A stretch of DNA of 64,000 bases from Eledone cirrhosa (taxonomy: Eukaryota): the NCBI GenBank assembly GCA_964016885.1, contig OZ024740.1, positions 120,094,001 through 120,158,000 on the forward strand, in the 5' to 3' direction. The position numbers were made by a program, and so were the translations under genes. The notes beneath the pieces were generated by a model. The model was not told where the DNA came from. It worked only from the letters and a program-made list of their open reading frames with translations, and searched no databases. Shown piece by piece: positions 1 to 10,557 of the stretch (within the stretch, counting starts at the first letter, position 1; each line of letters begins with the position of its first letter).

Positions 1-1170
1 TCCACACTAGCATGGGTTAGACGGGTTGTCCTGTTGTGGGCAGTGTCTGGTCGGCTGACCATGCCTTGCTCATACAGGAACTGATCTGGCTTGATTTCTA
101 CAGCTGGATGCCCTTCCTAACACCAACCTCATTTACAGTGAGTGCTGGGTGCTTTTTCGTGGCGCCTACACGTCCACTTTACAGTGTGGGCTGGGTGCTT
201 TTTTGCCGTGGCACCTCCACGACCACCTTGCGGTGGGGGGAGTGGGGGCGTATTGTTTATATGCTTCAGCATGTACCCATGGGAGGTCGGGTACCCTGTA
301 TTACTGCGTGACGCCAGAAGTCACGGTCGTGTGTCATTGACTTTGAGAGGTGTAGTTGGGTAAGGTCGGCTTTTATCACCTCATCCCAAGTCATCTTGGG
401 TCTCCCCACTCCGCGGTTTCCATCAACTTCTAGTGCTCTGCACCTTTTTATGCAGCTGTCATCCTTCATACGCATCACATGTCCATACCAGCGTAACCGC
501 CTCTCCTGCACGCAGCATTTGATTCCTCTTATGCTCAGTCTCTCTCTCAATTCCTTTATGCTTTGTCGTTCACGTATATTACTGTTACACATCCATCGGA
601 GCATGCAGGCTTCGTTTCTCTCTAATCTACGTAAGTCTTCCACCTTCAGCGCCCAGGTCTCACTACCATGCAACATCGCTGTTCGGATACACGCATCATA
701 CAGTCTGCCTTTCATTCTGAGGGAGAAGCCTTTTGCAGCTAGCAGTGGTAGTAGTTCCCTAAACTTCTTCCATCCTATTCTTACCCTAGTTATTGTACCT
801 TCTGAGCACCCACCTCCGTTGCTAATTCGGTCACCTAGGTAGCAGAAGCTGTCTACTGTTTCTACAGGGTCCTCCCAGAGATTGGTGGTACTTGTTTCCT
901 GTGGCTGTTTGCTTGCTGTTTCAGCACAGCTGCTGCATGTGAATCCTACATTCTTAATTAAGCTTCCTGAGATCCCGCTACATCTCTTGTGTACCCATTG
1001 TTTGCATTTGGGGCAGAGAATGGAGTTCCTACCTACACCTTTCCTACATACTGAGCAAGGCTATTTCCCTGAGGGGATCTGGGTTCTGTTTTCTCGTCTA
1101 CTTACAAGGACCTTAGTCTTTGTCATGTTGACTTTGAGGCCCTTTCTCTCTAGTCCCTGCTTCCAGGTTT
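1..1170 (-). mobile_element. 5'-truncated RTE-clade LINE ('subfamily B') with extended structured 3'UTR
   Basis: The minus strand encodes an RT C-terminus (KGRLYDACIRTAMLHGSETW...RRLRWYGHV...GRPKMTW...; stop at 266) plus a Cys/His finger at ~925-1060, homologous to 3726-5474. There is an in-frame TAG near 1063. Bases 1-265 hold repeated pseudoknot/hairpin modules, GGAAGGGCATCC and the start of the RTE tail. Confidence 0.9.
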
Positions 1171-1172
1171 GG

Positions 1173-1207
<35 letters not shown>

Positions 1208-1238
1208 AAAGTGAGGTTTTTTTTACAAAATGAAAAAT

Positions 1239-1269
<31 letters not shown>

Positions 1270-1455
1270 AGCAAATTATAAACGTAAACATGTAAGTATG
1301 TTTTTGAAACGGTGCGCGAGTTTGAAATTAGAAATTATAAGCTTTCACCGTATTTTAGACTAAAGAAATGTCTAGCCTGATATTGGGGTTTATAACCCTC
1401 GGAGAAATGGAAAAAGATGAGTGTTGCCGTACATGGGAGTCGAACCCACATCTTT

Positions 1456-1458
<3 letters not shown>
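1270..1458 (-). mobile_element. 5'-truncated tRNA-derived SINE-like fragment (third family)
   Basis: The minus strand has GTGGG-TTCGACT-CCCAT (T-arm/B-box) followed by non-tRNA sequence. It sits between (TA)n tracts and no A-box half is present. Confidence 0.5.
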
Positions 1459-1523
<65 letters not shown>

Positions 1524-1616
1524 TATATATACACATAAACATATATATATATATATATATACATATATATATACATATATATACATATATATATATATAC
1601 ATATATACATATACAT
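1459..1616. repeat. (TA)n/(TACA)n microsatellite
   Basis: Directly visible. Confidence 0.97.
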
Positions 1617-1624
1617 ATGGATTT

Positions 1625-1942
1625 CAACACAGCAACAACTACAACAACAACAGCAGCAACACCATCAACAACAACGGCAACAACACCATTGTCTGTGTTG
1701 AATGTGTGTGTATGTATGTATTTGTATATATGCGACAGCAATAACAGCATCAACACCATTTTCTGCAGCAACAGCAGCAGTGAAATGAAGAACAACAACA
1801 ACAACATCGACAACAGCAACAACGACAACAACAGCAACAGCAGCAGCAACTACAATAACAACTACAGCACCAACAACTGCCACCACCATCACTGACCATC
1901 TACCACCACCACACTGACACCATCCACCACCGCCATTACCAG
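1625..1942. repeat. Degenerate (CAA/CAG/CAC)n trinucleotide tract
   Basis: Runs of caacaa/cagcag/caccac interrupted by (TG)n. Confidence 0.9.
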
Positions 1943-2229
1943 CGTAAAGCAAACAATTATTATTATTATTATATACAAGCTGAACTGGACTGGGAAAGGT
2001 CAACAGTTGACATGATATTGATTTTGATTTTGATTTTGATTTTGTATTTGTATCAGTACTGTCGGTAATATATATATATGTGTGTTTGTGAGTGGTGTGT
2101 GTGATTGTATGCATGAATGAGTGTTGGTATGTGAGTGGCGTGTGTGTGGTTGTGGTTTGTATGCATGAGTGTTGGTGTGTGAGTGTGTGTGTGTGTGTTG
2201 TGTCAAGAAGGTTTTTTTTTTTTTATGAC

Positions 2230-5200
2230 AATGCTATAAAATGGAGGGGTAGAGAGGGCCCTTGAGTCTAGTAAGACATCCTCTCTAGTGCTGGTGGCAC
2301 AAATAAAAGCACCCAGTCCATGCTGTAAAGTGGCGCTGGTGTTAGGAAGGGCATCCAACCAGTGTATCAATGCCAAAACGCTTAGCAGCACAGCAACAAA
2401 TAGGAACAACAAAATATGAAGACGTCGCATCTCAGAGTTGCAACACTTAATGTTGGCACTCTCAGAGGTAGATCTGCTGAAATAGCGGAGATGCTGGAGA
2501 GAAGGCAGGTGGATATGTGCTGCGTGCAAGAGGTGAGATGGAGAGGTGCCTCTGCGAAACTAGTCGTAGGCAAACGTCTTAGCTATAAGCTATTCTGGGT
2601 AGGTAAGGATGATGGGTAGGCATTTTCCTGGCTGAGAAATGGATCAATAAGACAATAGAGGTAGTTCGAGTTAGTAATCGAATAATTAAGCTTAGATTAG
2701 TTGTAGGTAGGAGACTACTGACAATCATCTCGGCCTATACTCCCCAAGCAGGCCTAGGGAAAGATGAGAAAGACTGCTTTTATGAGCAACTTTTGCAAAC
2801 AACCGCAATGACAGAGGACGGAGACATCGTTATGCTAGCAGGAGACTTCAATGGTCATGTTAGACAGCTCCAGGATGGTTACACTGGGGTACATGGTGGG
2901 CACGGTTACGGTTCAAGAAATGAAGAAGGAGTGAGACTTCTTGAATTTTGTGATGCAGGTACATTGACTATTTGGAACACAAACTTCCAGAAACCTGCCA
3001 ATCACCTAATAACCTACAAATCTGGTGAGCACATAAGCCAGATTGACTTTTTACTAGTTAGGCAGCGGGACAGGCAAATAGGGTCTAATACCAAGGCATA
3101 CCCTGGGGAAGACTGTACCCCACAGCATAGGTTAGTTGTTAGTGATATCTCAGTAAGCAAGAGATGGAATGAGACATATAGGAAGGTGTGAAGAAGAAAG
3201 GTCTGGAAGCTAAAAGATCTTTCACTAAAATACAAATTCAGGAAAGCCCTTCAAGATGTATATGACGAAAAAGAAGACGATTTAAAGACGTATGACATAG
3301 ATAATAACTGGAATTTCCTACGTGACAACTTGCTGCAGGCTACTGATGAAACTTGTGGCTGGAGCAGAGCTCCAACCAGACAGAGAGTGACCTGGTGGTG
3401 GAACAGCACAGTAGATAAGGCTATTAGAGACAAAAGACTAGCATGGAAGGCTTGGAAAAAGGGTGGGAGTAGGGAAGAATATACAGCCACTAAGAGAGAA
3501 GCTAGACGTCAGGTGTACTTAGCACGCAGGGAGGCAGAGAGTAGGAGGTTTGCCAATGTTCTGCGACGGGAAGATCAGAGGTGTGCGGTGTTCCACATTG
3601 CAAGGTAGTGTGTCAATGCAAATCAGGATGTTGTTGGAGATAAATGTGTCCGGGATGATGCCGGTGTACTTAGTGTCACGAATGATCAGAAAAAGGAGAC
3701 CTGGAAATGTCATTATGAGAGACTGATGAATGTGGAGAACAAATGGGAGAGAGAGAAATTACCCTTGGTAGATCCGACAGAGGGACCAGCTATTGAGATT
3801 GACGAATATAGGGTCCAAGAGGCGATTAGGGAAATGAAAAATGGTAAGGCTGCCGGACCATCGGGAATAGTTGCTGAGATGCTGAAGGCATCAGGAGACG
3901 TAGGCACTAAACTGATTGCACGCATCATCAATCAGGATATATATGGTGGTGTCATATCCAAAGACTGGTGCAGCAGTATTCTCATAAATTGCTATAAAGG
4001 TAAAGGGGATGCTTTGGAGAGGAGCAATTATAGGGGTATGAAACTGATAGATCAGGTTATGAAAGTGGCAGAAAGGATTTTAGCACAACTAATTAGAGAA
4101 AGGGTCAAACTAGATGAGATGCAGTTTGGTTTTGTGCCCGGGGAGAGTACAACAGATGCCCTCTTCTTGGTGAGACAATTGCAAGAGAGGTTCTTAGAGA
4201 AGAATAAGCCACTATACTTAGCCTTTGTTGACCTAGAGAAGGCCTTTGATAGGGTACCCCGATCTGTCATCTGGTGGTCCCTAAGGAAGCTAGGTGTTGA
4301 GGAATGGCTTGTGAGGACAGTGCAAACTTTGTACAGAGGTACTCTCAGTAAAGTCAGGGTAGGAATGGAGTTTAGTGAGGAATTCCAGATACAAGTAGGA
4401 GTACATCAGGGTTCGCTCCTCAGCCCGCTCTTGTTCATTATAGTCCTCCAGGCCATAACAGAGGAGTTTAAAACTGGCTGTCCATGGGAACTTCTCTATG
4501 CTGACAATCTGGTTCGTATAGCAGAATCAGTAGAGGAGCTAGAGAATAAATTCTGGCTATGGAAACAGCAGTTGGAAGCAAGAGGACTGAGAGTGAATCT
4601 AGCTAAGACAAAAGTGTTGATGAGTAGAAAAGAGGACAAAACCCTGATTCCGTCAGGGAAATGGCCATGTTCGATATGCAGAAAAGGAACTGGCATAAAT
4701 TCTATAAAATGCACACAATGCAGATCCTGGGTACACATGAGATGTAGCAGGATAGCAGGCAAACTAACAGGTAGGGAGAAATATGTATGCAGTAGATGTA
4801 CAGGGAAATTAGACAGTAGAAGTCACATTGATATACACATTTTTCAAATGCAGGAGGGCGCTATAGAAGTGGTGGATAGCTTCCGGTACCTAGGAGATCA
4901 GATTAGCATGGGAGGAGGGTGTTCTGAGGCCATAGTATCTAGAATAAGGACGGGTTGGAAGAAGTTTAGAGCGCTGCTTCCTCTGTTGACGAAGAAGGGT
5001 TTCTCCCTGCGTACGAAAGGCCGGTTGTATGATGCCTGTGTGAGGAACACGATGCTGCATGGTAGTGAGACATGGGCAGTAACTGCAGAGGACATGCGAC
5101 GGCTGGAGAGAAATGAGGCAAGCATGCTCCGTTTGATGTGCAGTGTAAATGTGCGTGAACGACCCAGCTTAAATGTGTTGAGAGAGAAACTGTGTCTGAG

Positions 5201-5498
5201 AGGGATAGAATGTAGTGTACGGGAGAGGAGACTGAGGTGGTATGGACATGTGATGCGCATGGAGGATGACCGATGGGTGAAGAAGTGCCAGGAATTGCCA
5301 GGTGAAGGAAGACGTGGTAGAGGTAGACCACGAAAAACATGGGCGGAGGTGGTGAGAACAGACCTCAGATCATTGAAGCTCACGGTGGAGATGACGAGGG
5401 ACTGTGATGAGTGGAGAGATGGTGTGCTGAATAAGACCCGCCCCACCCTTGCAAGCAGGGAAAAGTGGACGTAAAATGATGATGATGATGATGATGAT
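2230..5498 (+). mobile_element. Near full-length RTE-clade LINE ('subfamily A')
   Basis: Short 5'UTR containing GGAAGGGCATCC, a single APE+RT reading frame, and a 3' end CCCACCCTTGCAAGCAGGGAAAAGTGGACGTAAAAT followed by a (GAT)n tail. Flanked by microsatellites. Confidence 0.95.
2416..5474 (+). pseudogene. RTE ORF (AP endonuclease + reverse transcriptase + PHD-type finger), inactivated
   Basis: APE motifs: TLNVGTL, CVQEVRW, AGDFNGH, SQIDF, PQHRLV. RT motifs: NYRG, QFGF, FVDLEKAFD, GVHQGSLLSP, YADN (catalytic YADD mutated), FRYLG. Frameshifts near 2618 and 3185; premature TAG at 3606-3608. Confidence 0.93.
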
Positions 5499-5517
5499 AT
5501 ATACACATATATATATA

Positions 5518-5567
<50 letters not shown>

Positions 5568-5585
5568 CATATATACATACATATC

Positions 5586-6081
5586 TTAGTGTTAGATTCT
5601 TCTGCGCCGTTTGGCGCATCGAGCAGTAAGTACTCGCCAGCATTCACGATCAGCCGCAACTTTTTCGAAACCGTGCCAGGTGATCCTTGGGCAACCCTGC
5701 TTCCATTTACTGCCAGGCGGAGTCCAGTTCATCGCTGTTTTCGAATGCCATTCATTTTGCAGACACAGAATATGGCCAGCCAGACGGCACCAACGCTCCA
5801 TGATCACTCTCTGTAGGGTCCATGACTCGGCTCTCTGCAGGATCTCCTCGTTTCGCACACTGTCGCGCCAGGACACACAAAGGATCTTTCGCAAGCACCG
5901 CTGGTGGAAAGTGTTCAGCCATCTCTCTATTTTTGCCGTACTCTTCCAGGTCTCGCTCGCATAAAGCACTGTCGGCAGCACGATGCTCTTGTACAGGCGG
6001 AGCTTGGTCTTGGTGCTAATGCATGAAGATGACAAAACTGGGCACAGCCGCTGGAAAACTGTGGCTCCTTTGCCGATCCGA
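5586..6081 (-). mobile_element. 3' fragment of a different RTE-clade LINE
   Basis: TKLRLYKSIVLPTVLYASETW...FHQRCLRKIL...RNEEIL...AGHIL...GCPRITW: typical RTE C-terminus. Confidence 0.88.
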
Positions 6082-6252
6082 CATATACATATATATATAT
6101 ATTTGCATACATACAAACACACATATACATATTTATATATACATACACACACACACACACATACATATTCATATATACATACACACACACACACATTCAT
6201 ATATACATATACACACACACACATATATATATAAATATATACATACGTACAT

Positions 6253-6588
6253 ATCATCATCATCATTTTACGTCCGCTTTTCCCTGTTTGCAAGGGTGGG
6301 CCGGGAACTGATTCTGGCTTGATTTCTACAGCTGGATGCCCTTCCTAACACCAACCTCATTTACAGTGAGTGCTGGGTGTTTTTTTACCGTGGCGCCTCC
6401 ACGACCACTTTGCAGTGGAATGATATGGACTCCAGCCCTATCATCTCATTTCTACAGCTGAGTAAACTGGAGAAATGTGAAATAAAGTGTCTTGCTCAAG
6501 GAAACAACACATCACGCGGTCTGAGAATTGAACTCACAACCTTTCGATTGCAAGGCCAATGCTCTAACCACTAAGCCATGTGACTCCA
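6253..6588 (-). mobile_element. SINE family A (tRNA head + CORE-like domain + RTE-derived body and tail)
   Basis: A-box TGGCTTAGTGG, B-box GAGTTCAATTC, CCTTGAGCAAGACACTT core-like block, RTE 5'UTR-like module, and RTE tail GGACGTAAAAT(GAT)n. Closely similar to 11406-11760 and 16768-17115. Confidence 0.92.
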
Positions 6589-6611
6589 CTATATTTATAT
6601 ATATACATACT

Positions 6612-6800
6612 CAGTGAACCTTCCGCAATCGCACCTCTCAATGGCGAAGAACCGTGACCCCTGGCGTCACACAGTAATGCAGAAGACCCAATATCCGATG
6701 GGAACAAGCTGAAACTGAAGCATATCTCCTCCCACTGCAAAGTAGTCGAGGATGTTTTACGAAAAAAAAGCACCCCGCCCACACCATAAGTTGGCCATGT
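6612..6800 (+). mobile_element. Short 3' fragment of RTE subfamily B
   Basis: Encodes ...AKNRDPWRHTVMQKTQYPMGTS*, homologous to the ORF end at 266 (THDRDFWRHAVIQGTRPPMGTC*), followed by a degenerate module. Confidence 0.7.
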
Positions 6801-7271
6801 ACATTCATTCATATATATATATATCATCATCATCGTTTAACGACTATATATATATATATATAAAAATAGATATATATATAGTCATGTTTTCTCCTACCTA
6901 TAGACCTTTATTTTCACCCATACAGAAGTGTATGTATGGGTTCCTATATATGATATAAATTCATGTTAAAAGAGTAATGGATGTAGTCCAAAGAAAATTA
7001 TTGCCGAAATATTATGTTTAATAGCTTAATTTTGAATATCATGATTTTCTTTAAAATATATATATATAATGTTATAAAAATACAAGAAAAATCAAGGAAA
7101 ATTGTTGGATAAAATCAATTTTATAACTAAATTTTTATAGCTGAAAGACCTTGACTATAATTTTTACTTCCAATTAGGGTTTTGGATATGTTGGTAAATT
7201 ATAGTTTAACAAATTACTGTTCGTTTTTGATTTTTCAACTGATTCAATTACATTTTCATCTACATTTGCAG

Positions 7272-7355
7272 TTCAAGACATGAACTGGAACAGCAGTAAT
7301 TTTTGCTGTTTAACATTGTTGCTAATATTTGCTTTTGCTTACCCATATATTGACT
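7272..7355 (+). CDS. Candidate signal-peptide-encoding exon of an unidentified gene (tentative)
   Basis: Acceptor ttttcatctacatttgcag, ATG at 7280, MNWNSSNFCCLTLLLIFAFAYPYID, then phase-1 donor T|gtaaga. No partner exons were found. Confidence 0.22.
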
Positions 7356-7592
7356 GTAAGAAGTAAGGAGGGTATGTCTTCTCTAAATTTTGTAAATTGA
7401 ATATACCCAAAATATTTTATAACAATCTATGTCTTGTAATAACAGGGTAGCATATGTTCAAGAAGCTGTTCCTGCTGCTGAAAACATAGCAATATTTTTT
7501 CCAATTGCATGAAAGGTAGGGAGTTCAATGCATGTATACATAGTTCAATATTGCATGGTAAAGAAACAGGGGCATTAATTGCAGAGGATATA

Positions 7593-8909
7593 CGAGGTGT
7601 GTCAGAAAAGTTCCAGGACTGATGTCACAAAAGATTTATTTCAAACCCAAACTTCACACTAAGAGTTTTCTCCTTCAAAGTAATCCCCCTGGAGTCTAAT
7701 GCACTTTTCCATCATTTTCTGCCATGCTTGCATGCACTCCTGGAAGGATTCTTCCGGGATCCTCCACAGTTCCGTCGTCACAGCCTTTTTGATGTCATCT
7801 ACGTCTTCAAAACGGGTCCCATTGATGACTCCTTGATCTTGGGGAATAAATAGGAAAAAATCACACGGAGCCAGGTCGGGGGAGTAGGGAGGTTGCTCCA
7901 GTACGGCGATGTTCTTCCCGGCCAGGAACTGTCGGATGCTCAGGGCATTGGGAGCAGGCGCGTTGTCATGGTGAAGCAGCCACGAGTTGTCCTGCCACAA
8001 CTCTCGCCTCTTCTCATGCACTGAACGAAGCAAACGCTACAGTATCTCTTTGTAGACATGCTGGCTGATCGTCTTGCCCTGTGGCAAGAACTCGCAGTGG
8101 ACGATCCCCCTCACATCAAAGAATGTGATCAACATGACCCTGACTTTGGACTTCGACTGTTGTGCTTTCTTAGGCCTTGGCGACGACGGACTGTTCCACT
8201 GAAGGCTCTGGCGTTTGGTTTTTGGGTCGTACCCGAAAATCCATGACTCATCACCAGTGATGACTGTCCCTAGCAAGTCTGGTTCGGTTTCAAGACACTC
8301 AAGGATGTCCTGGCACACTTGCATGCGTCGACCCTTCTGGTCATTGTTCAGCAGATTTGGCATCATCTTCGCGCAGACTTTCCGCATGTCCAAATCTTCA
8401 GTGAGAATCTTCCAGATGCTGTCCCGATTAATGCCCAGCTCATTTGCCATCAGTCGAACAGTCAGCCGACAATCGCTATGCATCATCTGCATGACGCGCT
8501 CAACGTTGACCTCAGTCCTGGTTGTTGAGGGCCTTCTGCTCCTGGGGTCATCTTCCACGTCCTCGCGTCCTTCTTTAAACCTCTTGCACCACTCAAAAAA
8601 CACGTAAGCGTGACATCGTCTCATCTCCATACACTTGCTGCAGCAATCCCAGTGCTTCTGACAGAGTTTTCCCCAACTGTACCAGAAACTTCAACTTTGT
8701 TCGTTGCTCTGTGCTCATTGCTTGATGACCTGAAACGGAGGACATATATATAAAATTATGAAGAAAAAAGTTTGATTGTTGCAGAGAGCTAAGATTACAG
8801 TTACATACTCTAGGGGGATTACTTTGAAGGAGAAAACTCTTAGTGTGAAGTTTGGGTTTGAAATAAATCTTTTGTGACATCAGTCCTGGAACTTTTCTGA
8901 CACACCTGG
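7593..8909 (-). mobile_element. Mariner (DD34D) DNA transposon with 103-bp terminal inverted repeats and TA target duplication
   Basis: TA at 7591-7592 and 8910-8911. 7593-7695 is the reverse complement of 8807-8909 with 2 mismatches. Internal transposase present. Confidence 0.96.
7659..8718 (-). pseudogene. Mariner transposase pseudogene
   Basis: MSTEQRTKLKF..., WCKRFKEGREDVEDDPRS, VITGDESW, LHHDNAPA-34 aa-D (YSPDLAPCDFFLF). Frameshifts near 8600 and 7850; stop at 8037-8039. Confidence 0.93.
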
Positions 8910-10299
8910 TATGTAGACTGAAAATAAATAAAGAGAGTATGCTCTGTTGGATGTGTAATGTTAGTGTACTTATATAACAAAGCACAAATGAGTTGAGAGA
9001 AAAACTGGAAACAGCAAGAATCATATGTAATGTGCAAGATGGAAGATTACACTTGTATGGACCTATAATGAATATAGATGACAGTTGAGTAAAGATGTAC
9101 CAAGAAATCCGAGATGCAGAGAAATAAGGACAATTTAGAGGTGCCAAGAAGTGGTGAAGCTGATTTAATGTTTGCAGAACCTCACCCAGATGACAATTTT
9201 TGGAGAGCACCAAAGTTGAGGTTATTTATTCCCAAATTAACCCTGATTGGGCTGTCTTCTTATCAAAAGCGTTCTGGCCAAAACTATCTGATTGTTTATG
9301 TATATGCATGATCACTTTGATGAATGTGTACTTAACGTTTTAAGATTTTGGCATGTGATTTGAGGGAAATTTAGCTGCTAATCTACCAGATCAAATTATC
9401 ATATATATTCTCCTTTATTAGGCCAGTCATAGCTAAGTTGTTTTGCCCCAGGCAAATCTTAAACAAATCTATTAAATAAATCTATTATTAAATGCAATCT
9501 AGCCATGGCCATATAACTTTTGTTTTGTATATCTAGAATTAAAATATTCAATGTATCCTTCCATTTTTAACACTCTTAGTACTAAACTGCGTGAAACTAC
9601 CAGTGGGTCTTACAGTACTAAGCTATTTATTATTAAGTGTTTATATTCATCATAATCCTAGTAAGAATCCATGTTCAGATATACAAATACCAACTTAATA
9701 GACAAACAGTTTATGATATGATTAAATCCTTCCACATTCTTTATTATTTTCAAAATTATTAAAAGATATTAGGCAGGCTTTCATTATAAATCTGTTAATG
9801 AAATTATTAAGACTATATGGTGTGATTGGAGTGAATTTAGTTGTTATTTCAAGCTGCTTCAGCCACTGTGCAGTAGTAATTTAAATGTACTAACCATAAT
9901 TGAAATAGCAATCATTAAATGCTTGATTCTATATTGAATATGCTATTTTATAGAAACCAAGCATATCACAATGAAATACGAACACTTCTTATATAATTTA
10001 TATGATTAAAAACATTAAAACAACCTGATTCACATAAACATGTTTTCAGATCTGCTTTTAAAAAGGTTAAAAATATAACATAATTAGCTGCTTAGAGAGA
10101 TTTAATGAGAGAAATCCAGATAAGGGAAAATGAAAACCATACAGTACCAGCTTGATATTTTATGTCAAAATTAAAAACAAAACATAATGGAAACGACACA
10201 CCCTAAAATCAGGTTAACTGAATTTTACAAAGAAGCCAACGGGAGGCGAGTAATTGCTTAAATCATATTAGCCTGCAACATTCTTTAAAAATCAATAGC

Positions 10300-10557
10300 T
10301 TGATGATGACAATGGCGATAGCAGTTGTCATGATGGTGATGATTACAATGACAATGGTGGTGTTCATAATGATGGTAGTGGTGATGATAATCATGATAGT
10401 GGTGGAGGTAATGATGATGATGATTATAAAGGTGATGATGATGATTATAAAGGTGATGATAATGATAATGATGATGACATTAATAGTGAAGATGATAATG
10501 ATAATAGTGGTGGCAAGGATAATGAGGATAATGAGGATAATGATGATAGTGGTGAAT
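10300..10557. repeat. Degenerate (ATG/GTG/ATA)n trinucleotide tract
   Basis: Directly visible. Confidence 0.9.

Larger units (their letters stand above)
7450..9200 (+). mobile_element. Old RTE 3' remnant interrupted by the mariner
   Basis: Left flank reads KGREFNACIHSSILHGKETGALIAED and right flank reads CRLKINKESMLCWMC. Removing the mariner and one TA restores GAG GAT ATA TGT AGA in frame. Confidence 0.75.

Noticed and set aside
1335-2206. YIYI/poly-Q/poly-N/poly-T ORFs (also 10300-10575, 13674-14109, 17761-18294, 54094-55586)
   Set aside because: Translations of microsatellites with no splice or domain support.
4898-5659. Long antisense ORFs over LINEs and mariner (also 396-842, 8215-8607, 39402-39887)
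   Set aside because: Shadow frames opposite real TE coding sequence.
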